A DNA stretch of 33,507 bases from Dimargaris cristalligena (GCA_003614675.1 ML002405.1:1-33507), one strand, 5' to 3'. Numbered from the stretch's first letter, positions 1 to 11,929 are shown. The notes: a model not told the origin generated them from the sequence alone. Program-made: numbers and translations.

Positions 1-48
1 GGGGGGGGGGGGGGGGGGGTGGGGGGGGGGGGGGGGGGGGGGGGGGGG
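1..48. repeat. Poly-G homopolymer tract (one T interruption at 20)
   Basis: Seen directly. It sits at the window edge, so it could be a real poly-C/G tract or an assembly artefact. Confidence 0.9.
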
Positions 49-721
49 AGGAGGGGCTGTCGGGTGAAACGATGAAGTGAAGGAGACGGGGTTAATGGAG
101 GAAGTTCTGGTTGGATACTGTGTTAATGGGAATGTGACGGCCAAAGTCGCCAAAGGGGTCGATAGACTGAGGGTACAGGGGGATAACGAACTGAGCTGAA
201 CCAGAAGAAGAGGAGTGAGTGAATGAATGCGGAGTTGACTGGACAGTCGTCGACGTAAGTGGTGTAACGTCAAAGGAAGCGAAGGAAGGGAAAACGCTAA
301 CGAACCTAACCGAAGGGGACTGGTGTTATAAAGAATGACTTGGGCAGGGAGGGAAGGGGAGTATAGTAGTGGAGGGAAGGAGAAGAGGGGAGGAGAGGGA
401 AAGGAGAACTATAAGGATGTAGGTTTCGCAACGGGTAAGACTGGGCACCCAGTGCGGGGCTTATAAGGCGGGGCGGGATGGGAAACGCGACCCTGTGGAT
501 GACGTCGAGCCCTTCCCCAATCGATTCGTTAATGATTAATCCCGATAACGATCGGCCCTTCCGCTGCGCTGTTTTCTTCGCCTTGGCTTGCGTCTACGCC
601 GCTGCCCGTCACACAATTGGGGAGGCAGAGCATATTATTATTATTAATAATAAGAGTTCCTCACTCTATTATCCTTAAATTGGGGGAGTGGGGAACCTAT
701 ATCTATTACTACGAAATGCCA

Positions 722-724
<3 letters not shown>

Positions 725-758
<34 letters not shown>
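725..758. repeat. (AT)17 microsatellite
   Basis: Seen directly. It generates the spurious IYIYIY ORFs at 617 and 688. Confidence 0.95.
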
Positions 759-760
<2 letters not shown>

Positions 761-2022
761 TATACCCAAATATATATCTCCCTCCGTCTCCCCCACCTTC
801 TCTGTTCATTCGGGCAATTACCAAAAGTTTTTCCCCGTCACCGAGCCGCACCCAACCACAATTCCACCATTAAACATGTTCTTATCAACCCCCTAATGCC
901 TTTGACGTATGGGGGTTTTATCCAGCAGCCCGTTTGTCTTGCTTGGTCCGGTGGTTTCAGCCAGCTCCCGGATAACAGTCTCACTGCTCTGGAATAACCG
1001 GTCTATGGAAGACGTGCTTGGTGTACCCGACCCACATCGCCCAAATTGGTTGTGTAGCCTTATCACCTCCCTTACTTCACCCTCCTCTGGCTTGGCCTTG
1101 TATCCGCCACCTCCCCAACCGTCCAACAACAACAACTGTCCCCCCCTCCCTTCAGTCTACTAGGAATGGGTGACAGTAGATACCGCGCCAGTCTCCGTGA
1201 TAAGAATAGCACCTGGGGGAAAGATAGTACAACCATCCCCCCTCACTCACAACAACCACCACCACAACTGCCCGCAGTTCTGTCACGAACCCCTAAACCC
1301 TTCGGCTTATCGCGTCGATCGGTTGAGTACTGGGCCTTGGTTTGGGTTTTTGGCTGTACACCCAAGCCGGGTATTTTTCTGAAATCACTCCATCAATGTA
1401 CATGTCCCCGATAAATTAACCGCCGTCGGATGTTTATGACAGGTACGTTATTGTAGGTAGAAATAAATGGTCCCTTCGAATGTAATCTTGCAACGACGGA
1501 GGTCAGGTGAACTCTCCAGATAGCCGAACCCTCACCCCCCCCTCCACAATTCCTTTCTCGGATAGAAAAAACCTAGTCCACCGGATAAATAAAAGTATAT
1601 TCCATCGCTATGTAGGTGTGAAATGGTGAAGCCAGAAGCAGGCACATTCATTATTACCTTCTTCTAATCCGTACCAGCAAGAAATTGCATTTCAGCTGCC
1701 AATTATCCTCGTCCTCACACGCTGCCTGTCTAAGCGGCCTATTGGTTGCCGACGTCACCAGATGAAAAACCCGCCGAAATAACAGGCCCATTTATTCATT
1801 GTTGCCGTCGTCATTTGGTAAGAATTGGCCAGATATATAAAATATGCAATTAAACGGTAGGTGCAGGCGGAGAGGCATATCTAATAATGGGATGGGTCTA
1901 CGCCACACCACCTAGTTTCCCACCCACACGACCCCGCTCCCTAAGCCAGTTGTCGTTGAACAAGGCGATGTGCCCTAGTCGAGGTTATAGGACTATTCAA
2001 ACAAAACAAAAAAATCCGTCGA

Positions 2023-2989
2023 CTAACCTCCCAACCGATGGCCATGGCCCCAAGGGTGACCCCCGCCAGCATTACGGGCGGGTCGACCGCGTCCCGAGAC
2101 CGGAGTAGGGTTGTTTTCCCCTCCGAACCAGCGCACCAAAATGCCCGGCGTCTTCAGCAAAGCCCCGCCCGGCTGCGAGCGATTTTCGACCGTGAGGTAA
2201 TTCACGAAATGGCCCACCACGATGCCAATCGCATCCAGCTTAATGGTGGGGTTATCCATCAAAAAGTGGATGGCCATGAATACCCAAGGGAGGTAGGCCC
2301 CTGGGAACCGGATGCCGAAATAAAGGGTTACCGGCTGCGTGGGGAACCGCCGCGACCAAACGTAGAGAATGGCCGACATGAGGCCCGGGAAGAGATTGAA
2401 GAACGGCATGTAAAAGGTGGCTAGGGCCACACCCACCATAATCAGGCCCACGAAGAAGATACCGTCGCCCTTGCGCTCGTTGAAAAGGTCCTTCTCCAGT
2501 TCACTCGAGAATTGGGTGAAGAAATACCATTGGAAAATCGCCGTTAGGGAGAGGATATCCGCAAAAAAGCCGGTAAAGAGGCGCCATAGCTGAGTCGGGT
2601 AAGTGGGGCATTCGTGGGCACATAGTACCCATACATATAAATATATAAATACAGCGTGGTTAATGGATGTAGTATAAAATACTATTGGCAAGGGAAAAGT
2701 GATCCATCCCAGTCAAATGTCGCGGATATTGGGAGGGCCTCTATCTCTATTCGGGAATAATCGAAACTAGTGTTACGGGAAAAGAGCAATGGGGGATATG
2801 TCTGTAGTGTGAGTAGCGCCATACCTGGAATTGTTGGATAATAAGGTCCCAGTCGAAATAGGTGGGGTATAAGCCGAACCCTATTTTATGGGCCGTACCT
2901 AGGCCCACGGCAAGGGTAACGAGCACCCGCGTAATCGGCGGAATACGCTGGTACCAGTCCTGGATTTGTACCAAGGGACTGTCGGACAT
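2023..2989 (-). CDS. DERL1: Derlin (Derlin-1/Dfm1 type), ERAD rhomboid pseudoprotease; 2 exons, ~243 aa
   Basis: Exon1 2989-2825 (MSDSP...IPPITR...QQFQ), GT-AG intron 2824-2590 (CAG|gtatgg ... ctcag|CTA), exon2 2589-2023. Contains the WR motif (QLWRLFT), YVWSRR, AYLPWV, GxxxG (GIVVGH) and a C-terminal SHP-box-like p97-binding tail GHPWGHGHRLGG. Confidence 0.93.
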
Positions 2990-3591
2990 GCCGGTATGTT
3001 AATGTCTGGGGAATTACGAGAGGCTCAAAGATGGAAGGGGGGGGGGGTATATGTGTGTAAGGTCTGGCGGGATGACCGGTGGTAGCCAGCTACAATAACG
3101 GAGTAGAGAGTGCGATAGATGAGATAATATAAGCGAGCGTGAATAGTCCGAATTCAAAGGTATATTAGACAAGCCGCAGTCATCCGTGGAAGGGCCAAGT
3201 GGGAGGATGGTGAGCATCACCGTCACCAACCTTCCTTCGTACGTGTGGCTGTTACTCCCTTTGGGGCCATTCTTGTCTCCTTAGGGAAGGAGCTTCGTAA
3301 CGGGCGGCTCAACTTGCTCCATTCGCTAGGCCAGTTGGTTCTGGACCCAGAGACCCTCTCCCCAGCTCAGAATATTGAAAAGAACCTGTAGCTCATTCTC
3401 CCACCAACAACCACCCGCATTCTTTCCCGATCCCCTCCGTACCCCGCGAGTCCCGGTGGCCGCATTTCACCAACTCCGCCTTAGACCAGCTCTTCCCCGA
3501 TTCCGCTCTACTACTACATGAATCCATTTTGACTCAAGTTCCATTCGTAGTTTTATCTAATATTATTTTTCAGGAGTAAATTACCGCCACA

Positions 3592-4525
3592 ATGAGATTA
3601 GTAAGTTGATTGTGCTCGACTGCAACTGGCCTCTAGCCCACTACCTTTGGCAACTAAAGACCCGGTACTTTCGGGACACTCCCATGCTAAACACCTGGCC
3701 TCTACTTGCTTTGGGGCAGAAGCCTTACCAACGGCACTAACACCCGCATTCCCCTCCCTCTACGACATTGCCCCCATGACCCCTCAAATAGATGAAAGCG
3801 AACGAACATGCCGATATCGAGGTCACTTGGGAAGACCAGAAGAATATCAACGCATTTAGCAAACTCAATGTCAAACTCGAGGATGAACAAGAACGCTATT
3901 CCGAACTCAAGGTCAGTACTATTCGCGTCTTTTACCATCTTACCTCCCCTACCCTCGCAAACAAGGCTCGTACCGGGTAGCCACATTACCTCCGGCCCTC
4001 ACTAGATCATCTCCCCGGTTGCTAACCTTTTCCCCAAGACATCCCGTATACCAATCGCTGCATTTACAGTTGGAATTAGAGTACCTGGAGGATCTCGCCA
4101 TGGAACTCGAATTGGCCGATGAGGACGACCCAATCAAGTAAGTAAAGCATCCGGCCAACTGTCCAGGCAGGCTGTACCCGAAAATATAAACCTATAAATT
4201 GTTGTACTTATTTTTTCGGATTTCTTGATCGGCTCACTGGTATCTATCTCAAATCCCCCTCCCATTAACTCATCCGACTTTTGATAATGCACAATACCGT
4301 GTCTAAATTGCATCGCCACCGTCTTCTAGCTTTAAGATCGCCGATGTATTCATCGAGCTGCCCCTCGAGGAGGCTCAGGAAAAAATCCAGACCGAGAAAG
4401 AGCGACTGGAAGAAGAGGTTGAGAAAATCAAGTCCAACCTCAACCAGATGGAAGAGCAGCTGGCCGCCCTCAAAAAGGTACTTTACGGCAAATTCAAGAA
4501 CGCCATCAATCTGGAGAAGGATTAA
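3592..4525 (+). CDS. PFDN4: Prefoldin subunit 4 (Gim3); 4 exons, ~130 aa
   Basis: Exons 3592-3600 (MRL), 3792-3911, 4070-4137, 4330-4525, all GT-AG and in frame (393 nt). Motifs EVTWEDQ..IN.FSKLN, ELELADEDD, LKKVLYGKF..AINLE. Confidence 0.93.
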
Positions 4526-6016
4526 TGGACACGCACCACCATGTGAATTAATACAGTATTATTGGCCCCTTCACCCTAGTGAATGCAATTGGCATCCCAC
4601 CCTTTAATAATAAATACCTAGTTCATTTGGGTGATTGTTTGGCACCATTACAAGACAAAGTGCTCGTAATTGCCTGATTATATAGATCCCCATTTAGGGC
4701 AGGCGGACTTTGAGTTGGACAATACCCATTTGAATCACACGAAATTTAATCTAAGACTAGTATAAGTCCGTACACATGCCGTTTTGTTCCCAAAGCTTCG
4801 CTTGGTCTGTCCATGGGCAATATTATCGAACGAATTGATTGGGAATGTGTGGTCTTGGCAGTAATGATCGGCAGTGTACTAGCGAAAAGTAGATACCATG
4901 CAATTAAATTGATAAAAAATTGACCTAACCAATCGGCTAAATCGGCCTAGTGAAGTACATTCAAATATGGCGAACAGGAATTGGACATATGTTAAAGTCA
5001 ATGGTTAAGTATACGGGCCCAATTCCGAAGACTCTACTGGGATTAGATCAGTAAGAGGTTCTTAATATCTTTTACTCCAGCACCCATTGTCGAGCACAAT
5101 AGTCGCTGAACTGCCCACTAAACGATTGGTGATGGCGAAAATCCCGCATCTTTAACGAGGAATTCGGAAGAAGGATTTTAGCTCCTCCATCCTTGAGATT
5201 GAGCCTATGCCATTGATGCCATACCTACTTATTGTAATGAAATTGTATTTTAGGTAACCATCTATCACATAGACTGGCGTCAAGCAATAGGGGGTAGTTT
5301 GTATTGCGCTATGGCCTAACTCGGCCACCCTGGGGGCGTTCGTTTTCCTTAGTCCCATTTAAATTCTAATGACCACCTATATTGATGCTCGACAATGGAA
5401 CAAGGCGTATTCCGAAATGCTACCAATGGTTTATTAACCGACTCCGATAATACAGCCCCTCTGCATCAAATCGAATGGGTGGCGTCATGTCGTTTTTGTG
5501 CGGCTTTATAGACGGACAACATTGAACACTATTCTCTCCACTCCTGATTACACTACTCATCTCGTACCCCTAAACTCTGCCGAGTATATTAACAGCGATA
5601 TTTCGCCCGATCTCGATAATTTCCGTATTACCGATTTTCCCTATCATATTTTCACAATCATTTCCTAATCCGCGACCCTTCATCCGTCTTCTATATTACT
5701 GTTCGATGGGTTTCTGGGGTGTCCACCTCACCCCCTTATAATCCATACTATATCCACACTAACCCTAATCACCTCATTCGTGACCTCACCTACCTTCCCG
5801 CTAAACTGCCCGCCAGACTATTGCTGGATTTAGTGGCACTACCTGGTTCCCCCGGGCTAACTGAACCCTGTCTACTCCAACTCCACAGCCAAGAAAGCCA
5901 CCGATCCCTTTGCCTGTACGTTTGACATTTCTCCCTCATCACTGAGCTGGACTGAAGTAGCCCCCCCTGAACAGAACCCACGAACCGCATTTCGCTAAAC
6001 CCTCTACGCCGACATA

Positions 6017-6244
6017 ATGTTCCAAAAGGGGGATAAAACTACGGACGGGGTCGAGCCGAAGTCCCCCCGAAAGAAGCTGAATGCCAGGAAAATGAAATCC
6101 ATTAAAATTGCCGGTATAGCCCAGCTGGAGAAGCAAACCAAAAAGCTCCGTCGTATGACTAAGCACGATTGCGAAAAAGAGCCACTGGATGAAATGGCCA
6201 AATTAATTAACGATTTCCAAGCGAGGCTTATTCTGTGCGAGTAG
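6017..6244 (+). CDS. Small basic hypothetical protein (75 aa) or 5' part of a decayed gene
   Basis: ATG follows a CT-rich leader-like region. Lys-rich, helical-looking, with an SPRKK motif. No family recognised. Confidence 0.35.
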   Translation: MFQKGDKTTDGVEPKSPRKKLNARKMKSIKIAGIAQLEKQTKKLRRMTKHDCEKEPLDEMAKLINDFQARLILCE

Positions 6245-8197
6245 AACGACTTCTAATCGAAACAAGCCCGACAGAATATTCCAACCAGAGACCGCCTTTT
6301 CAAAAGGCAGGTCCTTTAACTGTATCATTCTAGTTATAAGATATAACGAGGCGGGACTCATTAGGTTGGGCAGCTGTGGTATTCGCCTACTTCAACAGCA
6401 CATATATGTAGTGCCGCCCAGCACACCATGATTGATTGCTAGTGGTTGATACGATATCCCGCACATGGAGTATCCACCAATTCCATGTTTAGCTTGCTTT
6501 TATCCCGGAAACGCCAATTGTGACAGTTTCCATTGATGGCATTGTTGCGATTAATGACATGTAATTATTCTAGTGTTGATGTATTGTCAACAACCACATC
6601 ATATCGTAGCTTTGCTTTTAATTATTTTGTATTTATTCTGGTAGCGTAATTATAATTTCTACAGTATCCGAGTTTATATCTAAAAGATGGAATCCTGTGA
6701 GGGAAGAGTCAACAGTCGGTTACCCATTGAACTTCATAATTTCAATGCTATTATTTTTTAAAATAAAACCTTTTTGTTTGTACCTGGTATTTTTCAGAGT
6801 ATTTTAGCAATCGTAATCTCTTGTTTCCTACAATTGTACCCTGCATCTAGCACGAGTTCCAGGGCCTCCGAAACTAATCAGTCTGCATTTTTGAGCATAC
6901 CCAAACCAGTAAAGCCGGGACCCTCTGTTGCAGCGTCAAAGCAACCTGAGAAGGAAGGCAATGTCATTTTGCAGCTCCCTAAGCCCAGTACGTCGAAGGT
7001 GACGTCACCCAGCACTTTATATAGAGATAAGCATCATTTCCCAGCCCCGACGCATACCTCTCTAGCACAGGCATGGATGAATGGTCAACGTTGGCGTTAT
7101 AGAGCAGGACAAGGGACGCCCAGCCTAGTTATAATATAAAATAACTATTTACTAAGTCGAAAGTATATGTACAACTTAATCTATCATATAATCTACCGCT
7201 TATTATCCGTTCACAATAGGGTATTATACCATAGGAGATATTACTGGTGACTACTAGAATCCCTGTACCTGGGAAGCGTAGATGGGAAGACACTACTAGG
7301 TGATAAAACATAAAGATAATGAATAATGAAGACAAGACCGCGAATATAATAATAAAACCGTTTGATAAGGGGGTCCGGAATGGCCGAAGAGGAGTAGTAC
7401 CTTCGTTGATTGAATTCGCGCACCCCATTGATAGCAGTTGGCCACGGTTGAAGCTAGAACCCAAAGGTGGGCCAGTTTTAGTCGATAGGGTCTGTCCATG
7501 CAAATATATATTTTAGATAGCCAGAGTATTAGTTGTATAGATAATGTGAAAAGGCTGGTGTAAATATTGGTCGTAAATGGCCTAAGCCCTAGATAATGGC
7601 AATGCAGGATAGAGCGAGGGTGTAGTAACCAAGCCAGTACGTAGTCTTCGAGGGGCGAATGTATCTATTAGAGAGCCCATACGAATTAAAGGCATCATAC
7701 ATTCGATTAAATAGAGTTTATAAAGCTAGAATCTATTATAAATTACCTTAGCAGCCAAGACATCTCACAATCAATAAATCCCCGTGCAATCCCTTAACAG
7801 GTATAATTCAATACGGCTCATTATCCATTTCAGAGCGACAGTCAAATAAACCTAACCACCGAACAGAACCGGACGCATTAACCCTTTTCAACCCGTCAAA
7901 TAATCCGAGTCAATACACATCAGCACTTTTTATTCCAATGACTGGTGAAATCGACGGGCAAGTGGAAAGGAGATTGAAGAAGAAAAAAGGTGATAACGGA
8001 AGAGGGAGTTAGAGAACGGAGACACAACCCTAAATACTAATCCAGCCATATCAGAAATGGGAGGGGGGTTCGAGGAAAGAGAGTTGGGATTTATTATAAG
8101 AGAGGGGAGGGGGAAGTTGTCGACGTGAGGGCACACGAATGAGTTACAGACATCCAAGCATTTTTTACGCGATAGTAGTAATGGCGAATCAAAAAAT

Positions 8198-9261
8198 TTA
8201 CTCCTTCATGGCGGTGGCATCCTCCTCGGTCTTCTGCTTGTCAGCGGACTTGCGTTCCAACAGAGCCTTGCGGTCGTTATCGAGCTTGATCTTGATGATC
8301 TGGACGTTGGAAGGGTGGATGCCAATGGGGGAGGAGGCACCGTTGACCTTCTCGCGGACGACGCGGTCAATGTGGATAATGAACTTCTTGCGGGACACCT
8401 CGGTGACACGACCCTCGCGGCCCTTGTAGGTACCGCGCACAACGACCACCTCGTCGTCCTGACGGATAGGCAGAGTGCGGAACTGATGCTTGGCGCGGAG
8501 CTCCTTGGACAGGGAAGAGCTCATGATCTTTCTGCGCTCACCGCTGGAGGCGGAGAAGTGGGCCTTGCGGCACTTACGCCGGGAAGAGGTAACTTCTGTG
8601 AACGGGTAGATAGAGAGGGAAGGGGCCAATAAATTATAATATATAGATATATATATATATATATGAATATGAGTCTCGTGGGTGAGAATAGGGGAGGGTG
8701 ATTCATAATAATTCACCGTTATAGAGATTCGAATGTCCTTAGTGGTTAGACATTGTAGTATGTCGCGCGATTCCCGCTCGTCCAGAAGAGCCATAGTGGG
8801 CAGATTCCTAGCCCTTGGGTATCCAAGGGAATCCGAGGTCCGCCCATCCTAACCCATTTCCGGCCACGGGGTAGTTCGTTATGGGAGACTGTCGCCAAAC
8901 TCTAACTACACATCAGCCTCGACTGACCGAAACGAAGAGCCGAGAGTGGTTCCGCCTATTCGGCCGGTTGAGTCAAGTGGTAAAGCTAGCCGGGCAGTTC
9001 AACCGTTAAGCCACAGCAACTTGCGCAAAACAGGTGAATAACGGATGGACCTTGCCCGATAAGAGTGTATATGCGGTCGCCTAGCCCACCTACAGGACGG
9101 ATGGATGGATAGATGGATGGATGGGTTCGGAACGGACTACCACGAATCAGAGTGGCCTTTGCCAGCGGGGCGAGGGTTGGACGAGCGGTTGGCGAACGGA
9201 CGGACGGACGGGTGTATGGTCTAACGAGGGCGCGACGGCACTTACTGCGAGCGTAGGCCAT
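8198..9261 (-). CDS. RPL26: 60S ribosomal protein L26 (uL24); 2 exons, ~137 aa
   Basis: Exon1 9261-9246 (ATGGCCTACGCTCGCA|gtaag), 650-nt intron 9245-8596 (cacag|AA), exon2 8595-8198. Protein [21 protein letters not shown]...[14 protein letters not shown]...[13 protein letters not shown]...GIHPSNV. Confidence 0.97.
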
Positions 9262-9562
9262 CGTGGTGGTGTGTATTTTCGTCGACACGAGTGGAAGCAA
9301 ATGTGCAACTAGTTACGGAAAAATACAGGAAGAGAGGGAGCTTAGATTATTCCACTTTGCCATCAATAAAATAGAGCCCTCTCCATCGGATTTCTCTTAC
9401 CAATTTGTTTGCCACCCTCATCTTACTCTCACACACACGCACTCCCTTTCTCTCGCTAGGCTCGGCGCATGGTTTGGTGCCTATCAAAGCCCCACCCACA
9501 CTGCTGCCACATCGCAAACGGTATAGCAAAATCCCATTATAGGCGCGGGTCGAGCTATTATA

Positions 9563-9571
9563 GTCACGTGA
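9563..9571. promoter_or_regulatory. E-box/Cbf1-type palindrome GTCACGTGA in the RPL26 / Nudix-TatD divergent intergenic region
   Basis: TAGTCACGTGATTA near-palindrome about 300 bp upstream of the RPL26 ATG. Cbf1 sites are known in some fungal ribosomal protein promoters. Function here is inferred. Confidence 0.4.
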
Positions 9572-10216
9572 TTATTTCACCTGGATTAATTTGACCCACA
9601 CCTTATATATTTTCCCATTCTCAACTACCAAATCCCAATGAAATCCGGCTTAAATGGCACCAAGTTACCCAGGGTAAGCATACATGAAGATAATCAAAGT
9701 AAAGTTGTGAGAGAGGGTGCTTTATAATATACATAATAGAATGGATGAAGGGCGTTGTATAAGGAGTGAATTAGCTAGTATAGGTTAGAGCTACTAGATA
9801 CTGAACATAGCAAGTAGGAATGCCTGCAAAAGTAGATGCGCAATAGCCATCTAAAGGATTCAAAGATTAAGTAGTGTAAGGAGAGCTATTCGCAAAAATG
9901 AATGGTTTGCAATGGCAGTTAAGGATGTAGTGTTTATTGAATATATATATATATATATAATTTTCGTATCCACCATTTCTAGCATCGTAGTCAGTAGTAT
10001 ATGATTGTGTATATAAATCCCTAGGCATTATTTAATGAGAAATGATCAATTTTCTGATTAGCTCTATCTATTCGGAATTCTATTTCCAATACTAAAATGG
10101 TGTGCCACCAGAGATATTACCTTTCATCCGCAGCCTTATACAGTTAGGCTGTATTGTATTTCTCCCAGGTGCTTTATTGACCTAACTTGCCCTTATTCCC
10201 TCCTAGTAAATGCATC

Positions 10217-11929
10217 ATGTCCGACCCCTCCTCAAACTTTACTTACTCTCCGAATGTAGCCAATCGGTTAGTCCCGGCCACAAACATCCTTGCCTCATTG
10301 TCGAACCATGTCACCCGAATAGTGGTGGGTGTGGCCATTTTCCACCCCACTAACCCGGACCAGGTGCTCATTGTACAGCGTACCGATGCCGAAGAACATT
10401 TCCCAAGCCAATTCGAATTACCCGGTGGTCATATGGAGCCTACCGATGCTACCGTGCTTCATGCCGTCGTTCGCGAGACCCAGGAGGAGACGGGATTGAA
10501 GGTCACCAAAATCACGACTGAGTTTGAACCGTTTGAGTATCAAGTGACTTATAATAACACCAACAACGACCCCGAGACCCAAACCGAACCGGTTGCCCAA
10601 ACCATCACCACCTTGCAATTGAATTTCCGTGTCCAAGTTTACCCCGGCCCTATCAAACTCAACCCAGACGAACACCAAAGCTATGCCTGGGTCGCTCTAG
10701 ACGATATTGACCGCTATCGAATGAGCCCCACCATGGCGCAGGTTGTACGGAATGCTCTTGCCTACAACCATACACTTTCTACATCTGATAGTATCCCGCA
10801 TGTCCCACTCATCGACTGCCACGCTCATTTTATACCGCCGCATATCTCTTTTGCGGATTTACAGACCCAGCTCCAGGAGTGCAAGAAGCAAGATGTTTAT
10901 ATTGTGGCGGTGTCTGAAGGCCTACAGGATGCCCAAGCAATTGCTGAGGTCTGGCAGTCCTTGAGTGAGTCGAATGCTCACTCCAAAAATCCGGGATCCT
11001 CTTCCTTGTGGGCCGTCCCCCGAGAGGCCCACAACCCACAAGATTGGGAGACCTTTGTTCAGTGTTACCGTCAGTACGTGGCCCCCTGCTACGGGATCCA
11101 CCCTGCCCAAAAAAACGAACCATTGGAGACAGCTGAGTCTGTTGTCACCTCTAGCCTTGATCGATCCCAGTACCGCTCGGCCAGATTTATAACCGCCACT
11201 AGCCATCCCGATGGCAATGCCATTGCAGATGACGACTGGCCCCTCATGACCGAATTCATCCGCCGCGAGACTGCCCGAGGCCAGTGCGTTGGAATTGGCG
11301 AAGTGGGTCTTGATTTTTCCCCGCATGTGCTCCGGGGAGACCCCTCCACCGATGAAGGAAAGCGTAGCCAGCGGTCTCTGTTGCAGCACCAGATCCAGCT
11401 GGCCCGGTCCCTGGAGTTGCCACTTAATGTCCACTCCCGCCAGGCCGGAAAGTACGTACTCGAGATACTGGAGGCCGAGCTCAAGCAAGCTAGCCAGCGG
11501 GATGTCGGTGACGCCGATGGACCCCCTACCACTCCGGTCTCGCCCCCCATGGTCCCTGTTCTCTTACATGCCTTCGATGGGAAGCCCAGTGTGGTGCGAC
11601 GGGCCCTCGGCCTAGACTTTGTTTATTTTTCCATTGCCCCCGCCGTCCTTCGGGAGCCCCAGTTTCAACGCCTAGTCGAACTAGTTCCTTTGGATCGCCT
11701 GGTGCTGGAATCGGATAGTCCCGCTTTGGGTGCCGTCAAAGGCGAACCAAGCCACCCCGCCCATATCCGACAGGTGGTGGCGCACATTGCTCGGATTAAA
11801 CAAGTGCCCGAGATTGAAGTGGCCCGCCAGACCACGCGGAATGCATTGCGGATTTTTACCCGGCTGGCTCGTATGTGGCCCCACGTAGCAGCAGCTGTTG
11901 GAATGCCATCAATCTCTGGTCAGACCTAG
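10217..11929 (+). CDS. TATDN3: Nudix hydrolase - TatD (TATDN3-like) nuclease fusion protein, ~570 aa, intronless
   Basis: First ATG at 10217 within the 10187 ORF. N-terminal Nudix box PGGHMEPTD..LHAVVRETQEETGL plus LNPDEHQSYAWV. C-terminal TatD motifs DCHAH, GIHP, GEVGLDFSP, NVHSR, LLHAFDG, LESDSPALG closely match TATDN3. Confidence 0.9.
   Translation: MSDPSSNFTYSPNVANRLVPATNILASLSNHVTRIVVGVAIFHPTNPDQVLIVQRTDAEEHFPSQFELPGGHMEPTDATVLHAVVRETQEETGLKVTKITTEFEPFEYQVTYNNTNNDPETQTEPVAQTITTLQLNFRVQVYPGPIKLNPDEHQSYAWVALDDIDRYRMSPTMAQVVRNALAYNHTLSTSDSIPHVPLIDCHAHFIPPHISFADLQTQLQECKKQDVYIVAVSEGLQDAQAIAEVWQSLSESNAHSKNPGSSSLWAVPREAHNPQDWETFVQCYRQYVAPCYGIHPAQKNEPLETAESVVTSSLDRSQYRSARFITATSHPDGNAIADDDWPLMTEFIRRETARGQCVGIGEVGLDFSPHVLRGDPSTDEGKRSQRSLLQHQIQLARSLELPLNVHSRQAGKYVLEILEAELKQASQRDVGDADGPPTTPVSPPMVPVLLHAFDGKPSVVRRALGLDFVYFSIAPAVLREPQFQRLVELVPLDRLVLESDSPALGAVKGEPSHPAHIRQVVAHIARIKQVPEIEVARQTTRNALRIFTRLARMWPHVAAAVGMPSISGQT

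Noticed and set aside
1-60. Poly-G as telomere or functional G-quadruplex
   Set aside because: It is a homopolymer rather than a telomeric repeat unit, is truncated by the window and may be an artefact.
478-1414. Multiple short ORFs (617, 688, 893, 909, 1166, 1170)
   Set aside because: Low-complexity or microsatellite-derived, with no recognisable motifs or coherent splice structure. More likely upstream regulatory DNA of a gene off the left edge.
8596-8794. N-terminal extension of RPL26 in the 198-aa ORF
   Set aside because: It is intron sequence. The real first exon is at 9261-9246.
10418-11884. Antisense and alternative-frame ORFs over the Nudix-TatD gene
   Set aside because: Shadow ORFs of a GC-rich coding region.
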